Below are positions 38,785-51,978 of a DNA stretch of 64,000 nucleotides, piece after piece (positions within the stretch are counted from its first letter, which is position 1; every line of letters starts with the position of its first letter). The translations under genes and the position numbers were made by a program. Location of the stretch: NCBI GenBank assembly GCA_965153285.1, contig OZ229112.1, one strand, 5' to 3'. A model generated the notes under the pieces. That model ran no database searches and had not been told where the DNA came from. It was given only the letters and a program-made list of their open reading frames with translations. The stretch comes from Podarcis tiliguerta (Eukaryota).

Positions 38785-41656
38785 TGCTGCTTTTGCTGCA
38801 GATTATTTTTATCTCTATGTATGTGTGTGTCCTCACAACTACTGCAGTCCAATAGAGAATGTGATAGACTGAAAGATCAACTCTGGGTTTTTCCACAGCT
38901 AACACTACAGACATCTTTATTCTCTAATGCATCATTTCTAAATGCTGTTAATGCAAGATAGAAAAGTGTAAACATTGGAACCCAAGGGGTTATGCAGAGA
39001 TAAGGCATACATACTTTCAAAATTAGAGGAATCTTGAATTTAAACTCTATTTTCCAAAACAAGGCTTGAGGGCATAGAAGGCAACTGTCCGGTCACCACT
39101 GCCACACAGTACATATTGTTCAGGATGAAGTGTCAGAAAGTTGACCATTTTCCTGGTGATGAATGGACCAATACTTGAGGCACAGGAAGGCAAGAGGCAA
39201 GGGCTTATGAAAAGCTGGCCAAAGAAGAATAGTACAAAGAAAAAAATCTTTATGCAATCAAGGGGCAATTTTAGCTAACTGAACAATTAGATAGAACCCA
39301 GAAGGATATGCTGAGCTGGTTTCTCATGCAATGCTAAGTCAAACCATGGCTTAGTGTGAATGTGTGAGAGTTCAAATCTGGAGTTCAAGAGTCTTCAAAG
39401 TTTATGATACTTTTGGTAAGGGCTGTTCTCCAAGTGAGCGCTCGCAGGCCAGTGATTCCTAGTTGTCAGTGTTTATGCTACATTTTTCTTAGATTTTCCT
39501 TGGGAGGGTCTTTAAGGCTCTTTTGCTGACCACCAGCATTATGTTTTCCATTTTTAAATTCAGAATAGAGTAGTTGCTTTGGAAGACGATAATCAGGCAC
39601 CCAAACAACATGACCAGTCCAACAAAGTTGATGCTGAAGAATCATTGCTTTGACACTGATGATCTTTGCTTCTTCCAGTACACTGGCATTAGTTTGCCTG
39701 TCTTTCCAAGTGATATGTACCCCTCCCCCCCCCCCCCGAGACTGCTGTCTCCTCTTTGGGAACCTGCAAATTCATGCTAAGAAACAGTTTGGCTTAGTAT
39801 TACATGTGAATCAGCTCAGTGATTACTTGAAACCCCTTGGAGTAAGGAAATTTCTCTAGGCTGTATCAGACTGTGTTCATGGTTGATAGAAACAACAAGC
39901 AAGATGATGGGGGTGGGGAGAAAAGCTATGTTCTTTTTGTCCAGGAGAAAGCCTTCAGGAGGACTCCAAAATTAGGTTCCAGGCAAGACTGAAATGAAAA
40001 TCAGACTCAGCACACAAAATATGGGATGGCTCATTACAGGAAGAAGTCATTTCAAAAGCTTTCTAGTCGGTGTAAGGTCTGCCTTTGATTTACAGGCACA
40101 GGGAAAACAGAAACATGATTTCAGTCCCTTGCGGAAAATGGCCATTGTCTTCAAAAGCAAATTTAGCTGTGGTTTCAACAGATAAACTTTGAGCATTTCT
40201 CAGTTATGTAACCAAATCCTAAGGGCCTTTTAGCATTCCAGCCAAAGTGCCTTATCTTTTAATGATGCTTAACCTCCATGGTTGATGGTGTATTAGATGT
40301 TGTTTGATTTTCTTGTAATTCTGTATCCAGTTTTCTACCATAATTTTGATCCACTGTTGTACGAGTGGAAGAAGGCAAGTTCACACAAGATGTTTTTAGC
40401 AGGCTCTGAAAAGAGCACAGTGAAGGTGGATGCCTGATCTCAATAGACAGGCAGTTCCAAAGGGTGGGTACTGCCACACTAAAATACCAAGTTCTTACAA
40501 ATGAGGAACAGGTACGATGTGTCACCTGTAACAGAGCCAGTTCCTCAGACTGAAGCATATATGGGCATATATGGGGAAAGGTAATCTTGCAAGGAAACTG
40601 GTCCCAAACTGTTAAGGGCTTTATATATTAATAGTAACACCTTGAACTTGACCCAGTAGTAAACTGGCAACTGGTTCAGGTCCCTGAGCAGACGTGTTAA
40701 AGGCTAACAGGGTTTGATTCCTTCCCCCAATCTTGCTGCAGCATTCTGCACTAACCAAAGTCCCACATGCAGTTCATTGCAGTAACCAATGCACAAACTA
40801 AGTGAATACAACTCATAGTTCCAGGTCAGTAAGAACTTACTGCCAAGGATTGTTGTGATGACAGATATAGAATCTGTCTGCACAGAACATCTAATCCATG
40901 ATATAGCAATACCAATAAGGTACAGAATGAGGAATCCGCAACATTTCCCTCTTAGCATCCTTTCTTGGGCAAACCCCTCATATCCACACCCCTTGGAGAT
41001 AGAGATCAGATCTTGCCCTCCCCTTTCTTGCAGGCTCCAGCTTCTCATTCCTTCCCCCCCTTTTTTTCTTACTGCTAGCAAAGGTTTACATGAAGAACTA
41101 AGCAAAGCACTCTTTTAAATTCCTCTCCAACCCTAGAGAAGACAAGAAGGATTTATAGGCAAAATAATGATTTAAATGCAGCTTTCAAAAGGTTAATGGT
41201 GTAATACATGGACCACTTAGCTACGGTCTACTGATCTAGTTGGTGAAAAAGGCACTGTAATCAGAAGCACATTCATCTGAAGAGAACTTTATGGACCCCA
41301 AATTGCCTCTGGAGCCAATCACATCCCACCTTATGGAGAGCAGCCTATCAAGTGCTTCTGTAGCTGCTTGTGAGCTTCATTGCCCTAGCAGCATAATACT
41401 TTAAACATGAAAATCAGAGGGAGCCGATGAAAGAACTCGAGAGTACAAGTTCTACTTTTTGAAGGAAAAAGCCATGCTTTAGGAGCACCACTTGTAGAGT
41501 TCATTTTTATTTAAGGTTTATGAATATTTATAAGCTTTAAAAATGAGGTACCAGTGCTCATATACTGACAACAGAATTGTGGATGCCAGCACAAAACGGC
41601 TGACAACAAAATGAAAAAAGGTGATTGTACTCTACTGTATACAAGCAAGTACTGTA

Positions 41657-42214
41657 TGCCCAGATCAAGGGTAGTCATAGTACCACTCTATTCTGCCTTG
41701 GTCAGACTACATCTGGAATACTGTGTCCAATTCATGGCACCACAATTTAAGAAGGATGTTGACAAGCTGGAACGTGTGCAGAGGAGGGCAACCAAGATGA
41801 GAAAGGGTCTGGAAACCAAGCCTTATGAGGAACAGTTGAAGGAGCTGAGTATGTTTAGTGTGGAAAAGAGGAGGGTGGGAGGAGATATGATAGCCATCTT
41901 CAGATATCTTAAGGGCTGTCACATGGAAGAGGGAGCATGCTTGTTTTCTCCTGGAGGGTAGGACTCGAACCAATGGCTTCAAGTTACAAGAAAGGAGATT
42001 CCAACTAATCATTCGGAAAAACTTTCTGACAGTAAGAGCCATTCAGCAGTGGAACATACTCCCATGAGAGATGGTGGACTCTCCTTCCTTGGAGGTTTTT
42101 AAGCAGAGGTTGGGTGGCCATCTGTCATGGATGCTTTAGCTAAGATTCCAGCATTGCAGGGGGTTGGACTAGATGCCCTTGGGCCCCTTCCAACTCTAAG
42201 ATTCTATGATTCTA
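41657..42214 (+). mobile_element. CR1 LINE 3' fragment
   Basis: [17 protein letters not shown]...[12 protein letters not shown] motif; ATTCTATGATTCT tail. Confidence 0.88.
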
Positions 42215-42940
42215 CAAGAGCAAAGTCGGAGCAGTGCCAAAGATACACTGCTGGGAGTTGTGGTTTGAGACACATGTATCCCATAACCCTGGAGCCTGTG
42301 TGCTATGTATATAGCATGGCTGAACTGGTAATATTCTCACTTGTTGTTCGTAACATCATCCCCCTTCCCACTCAGAAAATCCTCACCAAAAACCACAGAC
42401 TACTTTCCAGTGATTACTATTCCGTGAGCTGAAGCAGCATAAAGTTAGTCAGCAGCCAGAAAATGAATGGTGTGAATTATAAGAATTGCCTTTATCAGCT
42501 AAATTCATGCGCTTCCCTGGAACATCAGTTAAGCAGAAATTGTCAAGAGTTCACTTTCCTGATGAAGTGCTTTTCATGGTCACAAAGCCCACTTCAGTCT
42601 CCTTATAAAAGGCAACTCCTGCGATTATTTAGGAGCTAACTATGCATTATTTCAGTCACAGAGGAGATGATCTACTGCGGGTGCAATGTTGAACAGATTG
42701 CAAGCCCTTCAATCATTCGCTTGAGCTGCTATCCTCCTTGGGTTCCTCTTGTTCCATAAGTAGGAATGCAGGAGAAACTTGATCAAAACACTTCCAAGGG
42801 CAAAAAAAATAATGGTTCGTTCTCTGTGCTGGGACAGCCTCCTGCCCAAGAAGATAGCTCCCTCTCATCCTCACTGCCTCACTTAGTAAACCCTTTCCTG
42901 CTCCCCATGGTCTCACCCTACCGACTCCTTCATTATAATG

Positions 42941-43371
42941 TATGGTTACCAGATGTCCCTGGGGACAGTCCCCAGATTTACAAATCTGTCCCCGGACAAA
43001 ATCTGTCCCTGGATTTGATTTAATGTCCCCGGATTTAGATTTTAAGTGTTGTAGATTTATTAGTAGGGAATGAATGTTGTGCGATTGCTTCAAAGGCACA
43101 AGACACATCATATGGGGACTTCCGGCGAGGCAAAATGGCGGGCGCCATGGCAGTGAACAGCTCCTGAAGCCAGCCAGAGCCAACTGTGCTACCAGGCTGG
43201 CTCTGGGCTGCTGAGACTGCCGCTGCCACTGCCAAGGGGGAACCACTGACACACACAAACCGTGACCCAAATTGAGCCAGGAACGAGAGCGCCCAGCCAC
43301 CCGGTCAACTGATTTCTCTTTTTTTAAAAAAAGGGTCCCCGGATTCTTTGAAAAAAAATCTGGTAACCTTA
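42941..43371. mobile_element. hAT (Blackjack-like) MITE
   Basis: TIR TATGGTTACCAGAT / ATCTGGTAACCTTA; TSD TTATAATG; subterminal TGTCCCCGG repeats. Confidence 0.85.
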
Positions 43372-43667
43372 TTATAATGGCCTGGTTCTCATGTCACAGT
43401 AAACCAAAGAGCAACTTGCCATGACTGTGCTGGCTCCTGAGGAGGCACTTACATGGCCTTTGCTCCTCCCTTGGCTTTTAAGGTCAGTGTGGGACATCAG
43501 CTAAGCTACGGTTTAACTTAGCATGGTATCTTGTGTCAGTAGTAATAGTAAAAGTGTATCAGCATTCTCTTTCTTGTAAATGGTTTCATATGTGAGAATG
43601 CAAATTGGATTGCTTTGACTTAGGGTTGAGCTCAAGACACATTTATACACCGCAAACAGCAACACCA

Positions 43668-44085
43668 CTACGTTTTAGAGCACAATTCAAAGTGTTGGTG
43701 CTGACCTTTAAAGCCCCAAACGGCCTCGGTCCAGTATACATGAAGGAACATCTCCACCCCCATCATTCAGCCCTGAGATCCAGCGCTGAGGGCCTTCTGG
43801 CGGTTCCCACACTGCAAGAAGTAAGGTTACAGGGAACCAAGCAGAGGGCCTTCTGGGTAGTAGCACCTTCCCTGTGGAATGCCCTCCCATCAGATGTCAA
43901 GGAAATAAGCAACTATATCTTACTTTTAAAAGACATCTGAAGGCAGCCCTGTTTAGGGAAGTTTTAATGTTTAATGCTGTATTGTGTTTTTAATATTTTG
44001 CTGGAAGCCACCCAGAGTGGCCGGGGAAACCCAGCCAGATGGGCGAGGTATAAATTACGGTGGTATTATTATTATTATTATTATT
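43668..44085 (+). mobile_element. L2 3' fragment
   Basis: RFRAQFKVLVLTFKA...RAFWVVAPSLWNALP remnant and (TTA)n tail, ending ~14 nt from the WDR64 exon 2 donor. Confidence 0.8.
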
Positions 44086-44086
44086 A

Positions 44087-44317
<231 letters not shown>

Positions 44318-44564
44318 TCATCATCAGTGTTTGGAGAATTTAGTTTTGTCTTCATTTTCATTTGGAATCCCTTTTCTGTCTCGCTATTTATGAAATAGTA
44401 CAGCAGGGATCTTTGGCTTCCTGGGTCCCAATATTAGAGAAAGTTTTGAGCAAGAAAGGGAGAAATGGTAGACTCCTTTCTAGGGTGACTTAATTCATTC
44501 TGAAGGGTAAATCCATTTATCACCCCAAATTCCACCCCTCTGCGTGTACAACCGGATTACTTAC

Positions 44565-44718
44565 CAGCATCTTTTATATACAAGCCTAATCTTTCATCCC
44601 TTTTCTGAGCAACTGTCTGGTCAACTAATTTCTGAAACAGTTTCAGTAGATTTTTGAAATCGGCTCCATCAGGAATGTTGTTGGAAATATCATCATCTTG
44701 AGTTTTTTTCCTAGACAT
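44565..44718 (-). CDS. WDR64: WD repeat-containing protein 64, coding exon 1
   Basis: Manual translation MSRKKTQDDDISNNIPDGADFKNLLKLFQKLVDQTVAQKRDERLGLYIKDA resembles the recalled human WDR64 N-terminus ([21 protein letters not shown]). Donor G|GTAAGT; 154 nt, phase 1. Confidence 0.9.
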
Positions 44719-45142
44719 TCTGTTTCATGAGATGGGTGGGACGCAGCAAAATCTCCTTTCCACACGCTCTAATGCTCCTTGTCTTGTTTTCTTCTCAGTT
44801 GTGTTCTCTGATGTTAATGCTTTGAGAAAATGCCAGCTGCATGAGCTGAAGTGTTGCTTAGGTGAATGAGAAGTGGTGACTGGCCTTGACATGCAGCTTC
44901 TCAGGCAGGCAAGTGTGTGCCACTAACTACCTGATGTCATAACTCTTCATTGAGCCTCATTGGTCATTAGGTCCAGCTAGATCACAAACCACCATAACTG
45001 GCAAGCTGCTGAAAGTCAGTTCAATCTCCATCAGAAAAAAGGAGGACAAGGAGGAAACAAAATGCTCTGAGATTTGATTTATTTATGGGGGGTTCTCATA
45101 CAGGAAACCCAGCCTTCTTCATTCAACTTCAAACGTCTAGGG

Positions 45143-45380
45143 CAGGGGTCAGCAAACTTTTTCAGCAGGGGGCCAGTCCACTGTCCCTCAGACCTTGTGG
45201 AGGGCCGAACTATTTTTTTTTTTGGGGGGGGACAAATTCCTATGCCCCACACATAACCCAGAGATGCATTTTAAATAAAAACACACATTCTACTCATATA
45301 AAAACACGCTGATTCCCGGGCCGGATTTAGAAGGCGATTGGGCCGGATCCTGCCCCCAGGCCTTAGTCTGCCTACCCATG
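45143..45380. mobile_element. hAT-Charlie MITE (OC1-like)
   Basis: CAGGGGTCAGCAAACT...AGTCTGCCTACCCATG; TSD GTCTAGG(G/A). Confidence 0.8.
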
Positions 45381-45959
45381 GTCTAGGAACTGCACTCTTA
45401 TTATTCTACCCTGTCGGAACCTGTAAAATAAGATATAATTGCTGGCAATTGCTAATGTGCAAGAAAAAAATCAAGAGAAGAATTCAAGTTGTTTAAACAG
45501 TGTATTTTACTGCAATGCAGCACATGCAAGCAGGAAAAGGAGATATCTATCTACAGCTAGATGGGAACCTGAGCATACTATAGGCCAGGCCATACTAATG
45601 TGGTACACTCCAGATGCTGTGGGCTACAACTTCCATCAGTTGCAGCCAGCCTGACCAATGATCAGAGGTGATAGATGTAGTTCACAACAGGTGAAAGAGT
45701 ACCATGTTGGCAACCCCTGCCATAAGCCATGAGGGGCTGAACAATATGCAGTATGAAGCAGGAAGAGCCCCATAGAGTATGTCACAGCAAGTGTCTGGGA
45801 TTGCTTTGTCACCCAGCACTCAGCTGGCATCTGGAGAAATCCTGAAGGGGCAGAATCCTGGCTTGAAGTCTTGTAGGACTAAGTAGCTTTCTGTGTCCAG
45901 GGCAACTATCTACCAGCAACTATCTACCAGCTCCATCTGGTATGCCAGCTGAGACCCTA

Positions 45960-48815
45960 CCTGCCTGTGCACTGTCTTGCCAGTGTGGTACATGTGCTGG
46001 TTATCTCCTGCTTGGACTGCTATGTGGTCGACATGGGGCTACCTTTAAAGGTGACTCAGAAACTACAACTAATCCAGAATGTGGCTGCCAGACTGGGAGC
46101 GGCCGACAGGACCATACAACACCAGTCCCAAAGGATCTACATTGGCTTCCAGTACATTTCCGAGCAAAATTCAAAGTGTTTGTGCTGACCTAAATGGCTT
46201 CAGCTCTGTACACCTGAAGGAGTGTCTCTACCACATCATTCACCCCAGACACTGATATCCAGATACAAGGGCCTTCTGGCGGGTGCCTCATTGCGAGAAG
46301 TGAGGCTACAGGGACAGGGCCATCTTAAGCATATCCGGCACCGTGGTGCAAAGATCCTTCTGCCTCCCATTTCCCAGAGTTGTCGACCCTATGGCATAGC
46401 AAGGTCAGGTGGTACCCGGTGCGGAATTCTTTTTGTCAACCCCCCTTTGAAACTATTAAAAGAAGGAAAAATAAGATACTTAACATCGTGAGCATAAGCA
46501 CTTAAAACCCATTTCCCCTAACTTTGTTCTCTGCAAATTTTGAAATCACATCAACTCCCAGAGTTGGTGGAGCTAGAATAAAACCCAGCCACCCCTCCAG
46601 TTGGACTCCGTCCATGGAACCAGTGAATGTGTGTGCTGCCTTCTTCCATTTCAGGGGGGTATGTGGGCTAGATGACCCTTGAGGTCCCTTCAGTCCTACA
46701 ATTCTAGGATTCTCTGTCGCCACAGGCAGAAAAATGTCTCAGGCCAAACAAAATGTGTGGGCACCAGTCTGCATGGCTTCATAAGAAGAGGAGACACATT
46801 CATGGAGGGGATGGTTACCCATGGCTACCAGCCAGGATAGCTCTGCTCTGCCTCCACGGAGGCAGTGATGCTTCTGAATACCAGTTGCTGGGAACCACAG
46901 GAAGGGAAGAGTAGATAGTTCTCACTCATCCAATTCTCTTGAAATGTCTATGAGGAGTTGCAAACAATTGAAGATCCTTATAGTTTCTTTTCAGCAAAAT
47001 ATAGACATATGCAGTCCTTTTGATGTTTCAACCTCTCTGACCTTTTCCAAACTTTGAAGTTTCAGTTTATCTCTCCAAGCATTTTTATAAGCACACCCGG
47101 CTTCCAACTTTAAGAAGGTGGCGTGGGGGCTCTGAGATGCTGGCACCACCTTCCCAGGGATCTTTGTAGAAATAGTTTCTCCTTTCAAAAAGACACAAGC
47201 ATATCCAGCCCTTATCAATATTTCAGCTTCTCTAGCCCATTCCAAACTTTAAAATTCCGATTTATCTATAAGAATATGTACTTTACACGTACTTTGAAAA
47301 CAAACTCAATCTTTTTTAAACCACTCCAGCCAAGGTGTATTCATAATCCTCAATTAAGAATCCAGTTGAAGGTAATAAAGAATGAGTTTCAGTTAATTTT
47401 TATTCTCAATGTCACATCAACAGGCAAATATACCATTTATGCCTGCACGTTTATAACACATACAAAGCTGTTTTTTGACTGATTGCAGCTGAGTCCAAAG
47501 ACCATGTAAGACTATACTCAAATCAAGTTACAAAACTCAGGAAAAGATGAAAACTAAGGGTTTAATTTGATAAAAGCTTCATGAGTTAGAGGTGGGGGTT
47601 AATATAACTGTTCTGGGAGGTAGTTATGAGCATTAGGGGACAGATATTCCTGCTGAGATAGACTGTAAGCAGCATGATCAGAAAGAAATGAAATGCCATG
47701 TGCTGGGGCGACCTCTATATACACACATACACACACATATACGTGTGTCCCGTCCCCCCCACAATCTGGCCCCTTAATAGAGTAAAAACAATTGTATGAT
47801 AGAAGCTGCTCAAACGCCTCCTCCCCTTTCTAGAACTCCTTTATTCCACACCCCACACAGATGACCAAGATCACGCTCCAGAAGCAAGCATTTGATATTT
47901 AAATTGGAAAGGCAGGTTTATTTTTTGGGTGGGAGGGTAGGATCTGTTCCTAGGGAGTTTTTCCTCCGGGACAAGGCACAAAGAGCACACGGCGCTCCCC
48001 CTGTGCAAAGCAAGTTTTGTGAGGCAGGCCATTTTACTATTTCCTCTTATTGCCCCCCACAACGTGTAAAACCATTGGCTGCCCAGCGGAGGGCCTTAGA
48101 CACAGTAGCTTGAGACTGCCCAGTCTGCTTGGGCACAGGAAGTAATGAGTCTTCATAACACCAACACCCCCCCAACACGCCAAAATAAATAGCGATGTGG
48201 TTTTTGTGATTATTTTTTAATCCATTCTCTGCAAAGCACCTCCATCTATTGCAAGGGGGAGACACAGCCCCGATGCACAGAATTTGGGAGTGGAGGAGGA
48301 GGGAGGAGGTTGCTGCTGTGTTGTGGGTTTGGGTGGGGGTCTTTGTGGAGGGGTTGGGGAGGTGTTGAGCTCGTGTCTTTTTAAACGGGAGCATGCAGGG
48401 AGCCGAGCCTGGCTGCTGGAGCCGGCCACGGGGTTGAGGATGGAGCTGCCCACGCCTCTGCAGCGCCTGCCCAAGGCTGTGGAGCCGAGCCAGGTAGGGA
48501 GTGGGATGGGGAGCCGCTTTGCAGCGAGCAGAGGGATTCTCTGCTCCCGGCTGCAGCGGTGGCCAGCGCCAGCATCACGCGGCGCAGCTGTTCCCAGACT
48601 CCCGTTGCTGGGCGCCTGAGCCCAGTGACCCTGATGGGCAGGCGCTGTGGCACAGGGCGCCACTAAGCCAAATAGAAAAGACAGGGAACTAGGCAGAGGG
48701 CCTTCTCGGTAGTTGCGCCTGCCCTGTGGGCAGGAAATAAACAACTACCTGACTTTTAGCAGATATCTGAAGGCAGCCCTGTATATGGAAGTTTTTAATG
48801 TTTGATTTTTACCGT
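45960..48815 (+). mobile_element. L2 fragment split in two (45960-46314 and 48681-48815)
   Basis: KLQLIQNVAARL and LHWLPVHFRAKFK motifs. The sequence breaks at GAGGCTACAGGGA and resumes at ACAGGGAACTAGGCAGAGGGCCTTC, which is contiguous in the 43668 copy. Confidence 0.75.
46315..48680 (-). mobile_element. Degraded hAT (Tip100-like) DNA transposon nested in L2
   Basis: Left end CAGGGCCATCTTAAGC; ACAGGGA repeated at both junctions; minus-strand remnant VDVISKFAENKVR* (~46502-46560) resembles the hAT dimerization-domain C-terminus. Confidence 0.6.
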
Positions 48816-51800
48816 GGTTTTACAACCTACTGCCACTAGTTCTTGTTAATCAGAATCCTGTGGCCTGCTTTTTCACAACAGGACTTAATTGCAGGACGAG
48901 AGACCCGTTTGCAAATTTCATTTCAGAAATTATACACTGGGCATTAGCGGATAAATATTTATGTCTAATCCAATCAAAGCAGAAGTAACTGGCAAAATGA
49001 AGACATGTTGTGATGAACAGCAGCAGAATACACAAAAGGTTTCCTTCAAACTTTTTTCCTTAAGGCATTTTTAATGGCTAAATGGTTAGGCTATATATAG
49101 ATACAGTGCAACACCACTGATCATTACATGGCCCCAAGACTAACAAAAAGCAGAGAGTACTAAAGAGAAGAACAAAATGTCACTTCATAAAAAGGCAGGT
49201 AAGAAGTTCAAGATTTTTCTTTTCTGCCATAGAATAGATGACATGGAGAATCAGGGTCACTGGTTGATCACGATTTTGCAGAAGACACAACAGAGCTGAA
49301 AAGCCAGTTTGATCTGGTTGCTCTGGAGCTAAAAAAAACAACCACCCTCTAGCAATATCTCATTTTCTTCCTCCTTGAGTCTTAGTTTATATAGCAAATG
49401 ATTTGTTAGAATATGTGAAATCTAAAGTGTTTTTAAATGAAATTTATTTTGAAATAAAGCTAAGGCAACAAAAAGGAAGAACACACATAACAATACTATT
49501 TTAAAAATACTAATAAAGGGAAAAGGAAACTTGCCGATGTTAGTCCTTGGTGGGTGAACATGTGGTGCAATTGCGAGTAAAACAGTCCAAGGAGAAATTT
49601 GCTGTGTTTCAATGTGTAAGTAATGTAGCCAAATCATAGCCAGGAAAAACAATTACTGTATACAAGTGCATTTGCTTAGAATGTGAACAGAAGCTTGGGA
49701 CTTCTCCACAGGAGATAAACAGAAACCGGGACACAGTGTCAACTTTTTTAGAAATAGTATTCCTTGCTTTCTGCGTTTGCTGAGTAGTTTTGTAATATCC
49801 TCCACTTGAGTTCATCCCCAGTGAAAGTTTTGGGGGGATTAATATTAGTGGCATTCAGGTGCAACTAATTTGGAAGAAACTTTCAGGGATGTGCTTCTCT
49901 TAAGATGAGGAAGCCACGGATTTTTAAAAACCAAACCAGGACAAAATGCTTTGCTGCCACTTCAAGCAGAATGATGACGTAGAATGATTACGTCTTTCTA
50001 TCTCCAGGAACCCCTCTGGGAATTATGTTATGTCATGACATAGTGCTATTTCCACGGGACATTGTCTACGATTACAGAGAGAATGTCACCAGACTACTGT
50101 GGGCAGCCAAGCCCACTGGGATAGTGAAGCTGGCGGGTGGAAGCAGTGGCATCTTCCCAGTGGCAGCACTGTGCTTCTTGGGTTGGGAATGAGGTGACAA
50201 GGTCGGAAGAACTCCAGGCTGGTACTGCTGGCCTTGTGCAGAGCTGTGTTGCTGCCACCACAGAGCTTCCCTGACCTTGCTGACTCCTTGCTCCATTCCA
50301 AAGAGCAAACCTCAGCTGGGAAGCACCTCCATTCCTCCACCCCCAGGTAAACAGGAAAGTGCAGCTGGCAAATGAAGTTACACTTTCTTTCTCCTTTGAT
50401 GTCTCGGAGGTACCACCCTACCCAAACTTTCAAATTTTAAAGAAACCATGAAGCATTAATGGACTGACCTGTAGTACAGTGGTACCTCGGGTTACATACG
50501 CTTCAGGTTACATACGCTTCAGGTTACAAACACTTTTAAAGGGGTACTAGTGAAAAGACAGGTGGCAAAGCAGCAGTAGCAGCAGCCTAACACTTCAGTT
50601 TTTGAAACACTTTTCACCTGTTTGAATGGCTGCAAATACTTGCATTGCAAAATGAATTCTGTTCTGAATCAAAGCAAGAAATACTGTGCCATAAGGAATG
50701 CGTGAAGTGTCAATCATAGCCTTTCTCTGTCTACTTCCCTAGATCGTAAGGCATTTTGATTTAATACTACCCCAGTCCTCATTCTGCATGTCTGAGGCAC
50801 TGTATGTGAACAGTTGCTCTGCAGCACAAACCTTTGTATTCACTTTGAGCTACTAATGCACTTGCATATACATTTAAGGGGATAAATCAGATGTTGAAAT
50901 GAGCAAAAGGATGGCCAGGAGCTGCAAATTAGGGATCCTTGTTTGGCTATATAAATGCAGTACTGATCTCTCGTACAGGAAGTGATCTCTGAGGAAGAAA
51001 CTCTAGATAACTGCTCAGGATAAATGGCTGAAATATTCCAAAATCTAGAAAGAGAACTGCTGCCCAGGATAGTAACCTTGAGAGAACCGTGTCTTGATAC
51101 TGACTCTATAGGTAAGCCCTGTAAGGACACTTCTATCTAAATTTACATTCAGATGCCCAATCCCTTGAGTAATCATGTTTTCAGCAAAACTCATAAATAT
51201 TAAGCCACACATTAAAGGAATTCTGACGTGGTGTGCTACTTTGGGCATTCTACCATGTTATTCCACATAAATAATGAAACAAAAGATGTCTTTCATATCA
51301 TATCCCAAAGCAAGGCAAAAAGGATCAATTCAATTTACCTCTATCTGGTACAAATTAGTTGGGTTTTTCTTCCCTCCGCTTCTTCTCACAAATAAATCAC
51401 AAAGATAATGAGTATTGCAAATAAGGACTTACAGAAGTGAAACTAATCCATATGCATTCCTCATGGGAGATTTAAGATGAGGAAACAGTGCAAGACTAGA
51501 TTTTGTGGACCAGTCAACGTTGGGCACATTTCAAAGAAGGGCTCCATGTGCTTAAGCCCACGGAAATCAATGACAAATCCCATCTAATTCTCAGTTTGTG
51601 GCCATGTTCTTCAGGTCATAGTCTCATAGAGTGATGAGAATAACGGAGGACAAAGCAAGTTGCCTTCCTAATTCAGATTCTAGAAAATCTCACAACGGCA
51701 TCCTAAAATTGCAGATCACCTCCACAACATTATTATCTGATTTCATCCTTCAACCTGCACTAGCTGCTATGAATGAAATTAGAATGATTCATTCTATTTT

Positions 51801-51842
51801 TTAAAAAATATAATCATAGGAAGGAAACACATTCATCTAGAA

Positions 51843-51978
51843 CAGGCATCCCCAAACTCGGCCCTCCAGATGTTTTGGGACTACAACTCCCATCAACCCT
51901 AGCTAACAGGACCAGTGGTCAAGGATGATGGGAGTTGTAGTCCCAAAACATCTGGAGGGCTGAGTCTGGGGATGTCTG
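51843..51978. mobile_element. Palindromic hAT MITE
   Basis: Same family; TSD ATCTAGAA. Confidence 0.9.

Noticed and set aside
42713-43300. 195-aa ORF
   Set aside because: It starts inside a TIR/TSD-bounded MITE and crosses into flanking DNA; no protein motifs.
48047-48744. Cluster of 90-175 aa ORFs suggesting a hidden gene
   Set aside because: Low-complexity peptides with no recognisable domain; they lie inside the inferred hAT insert and run into L2.
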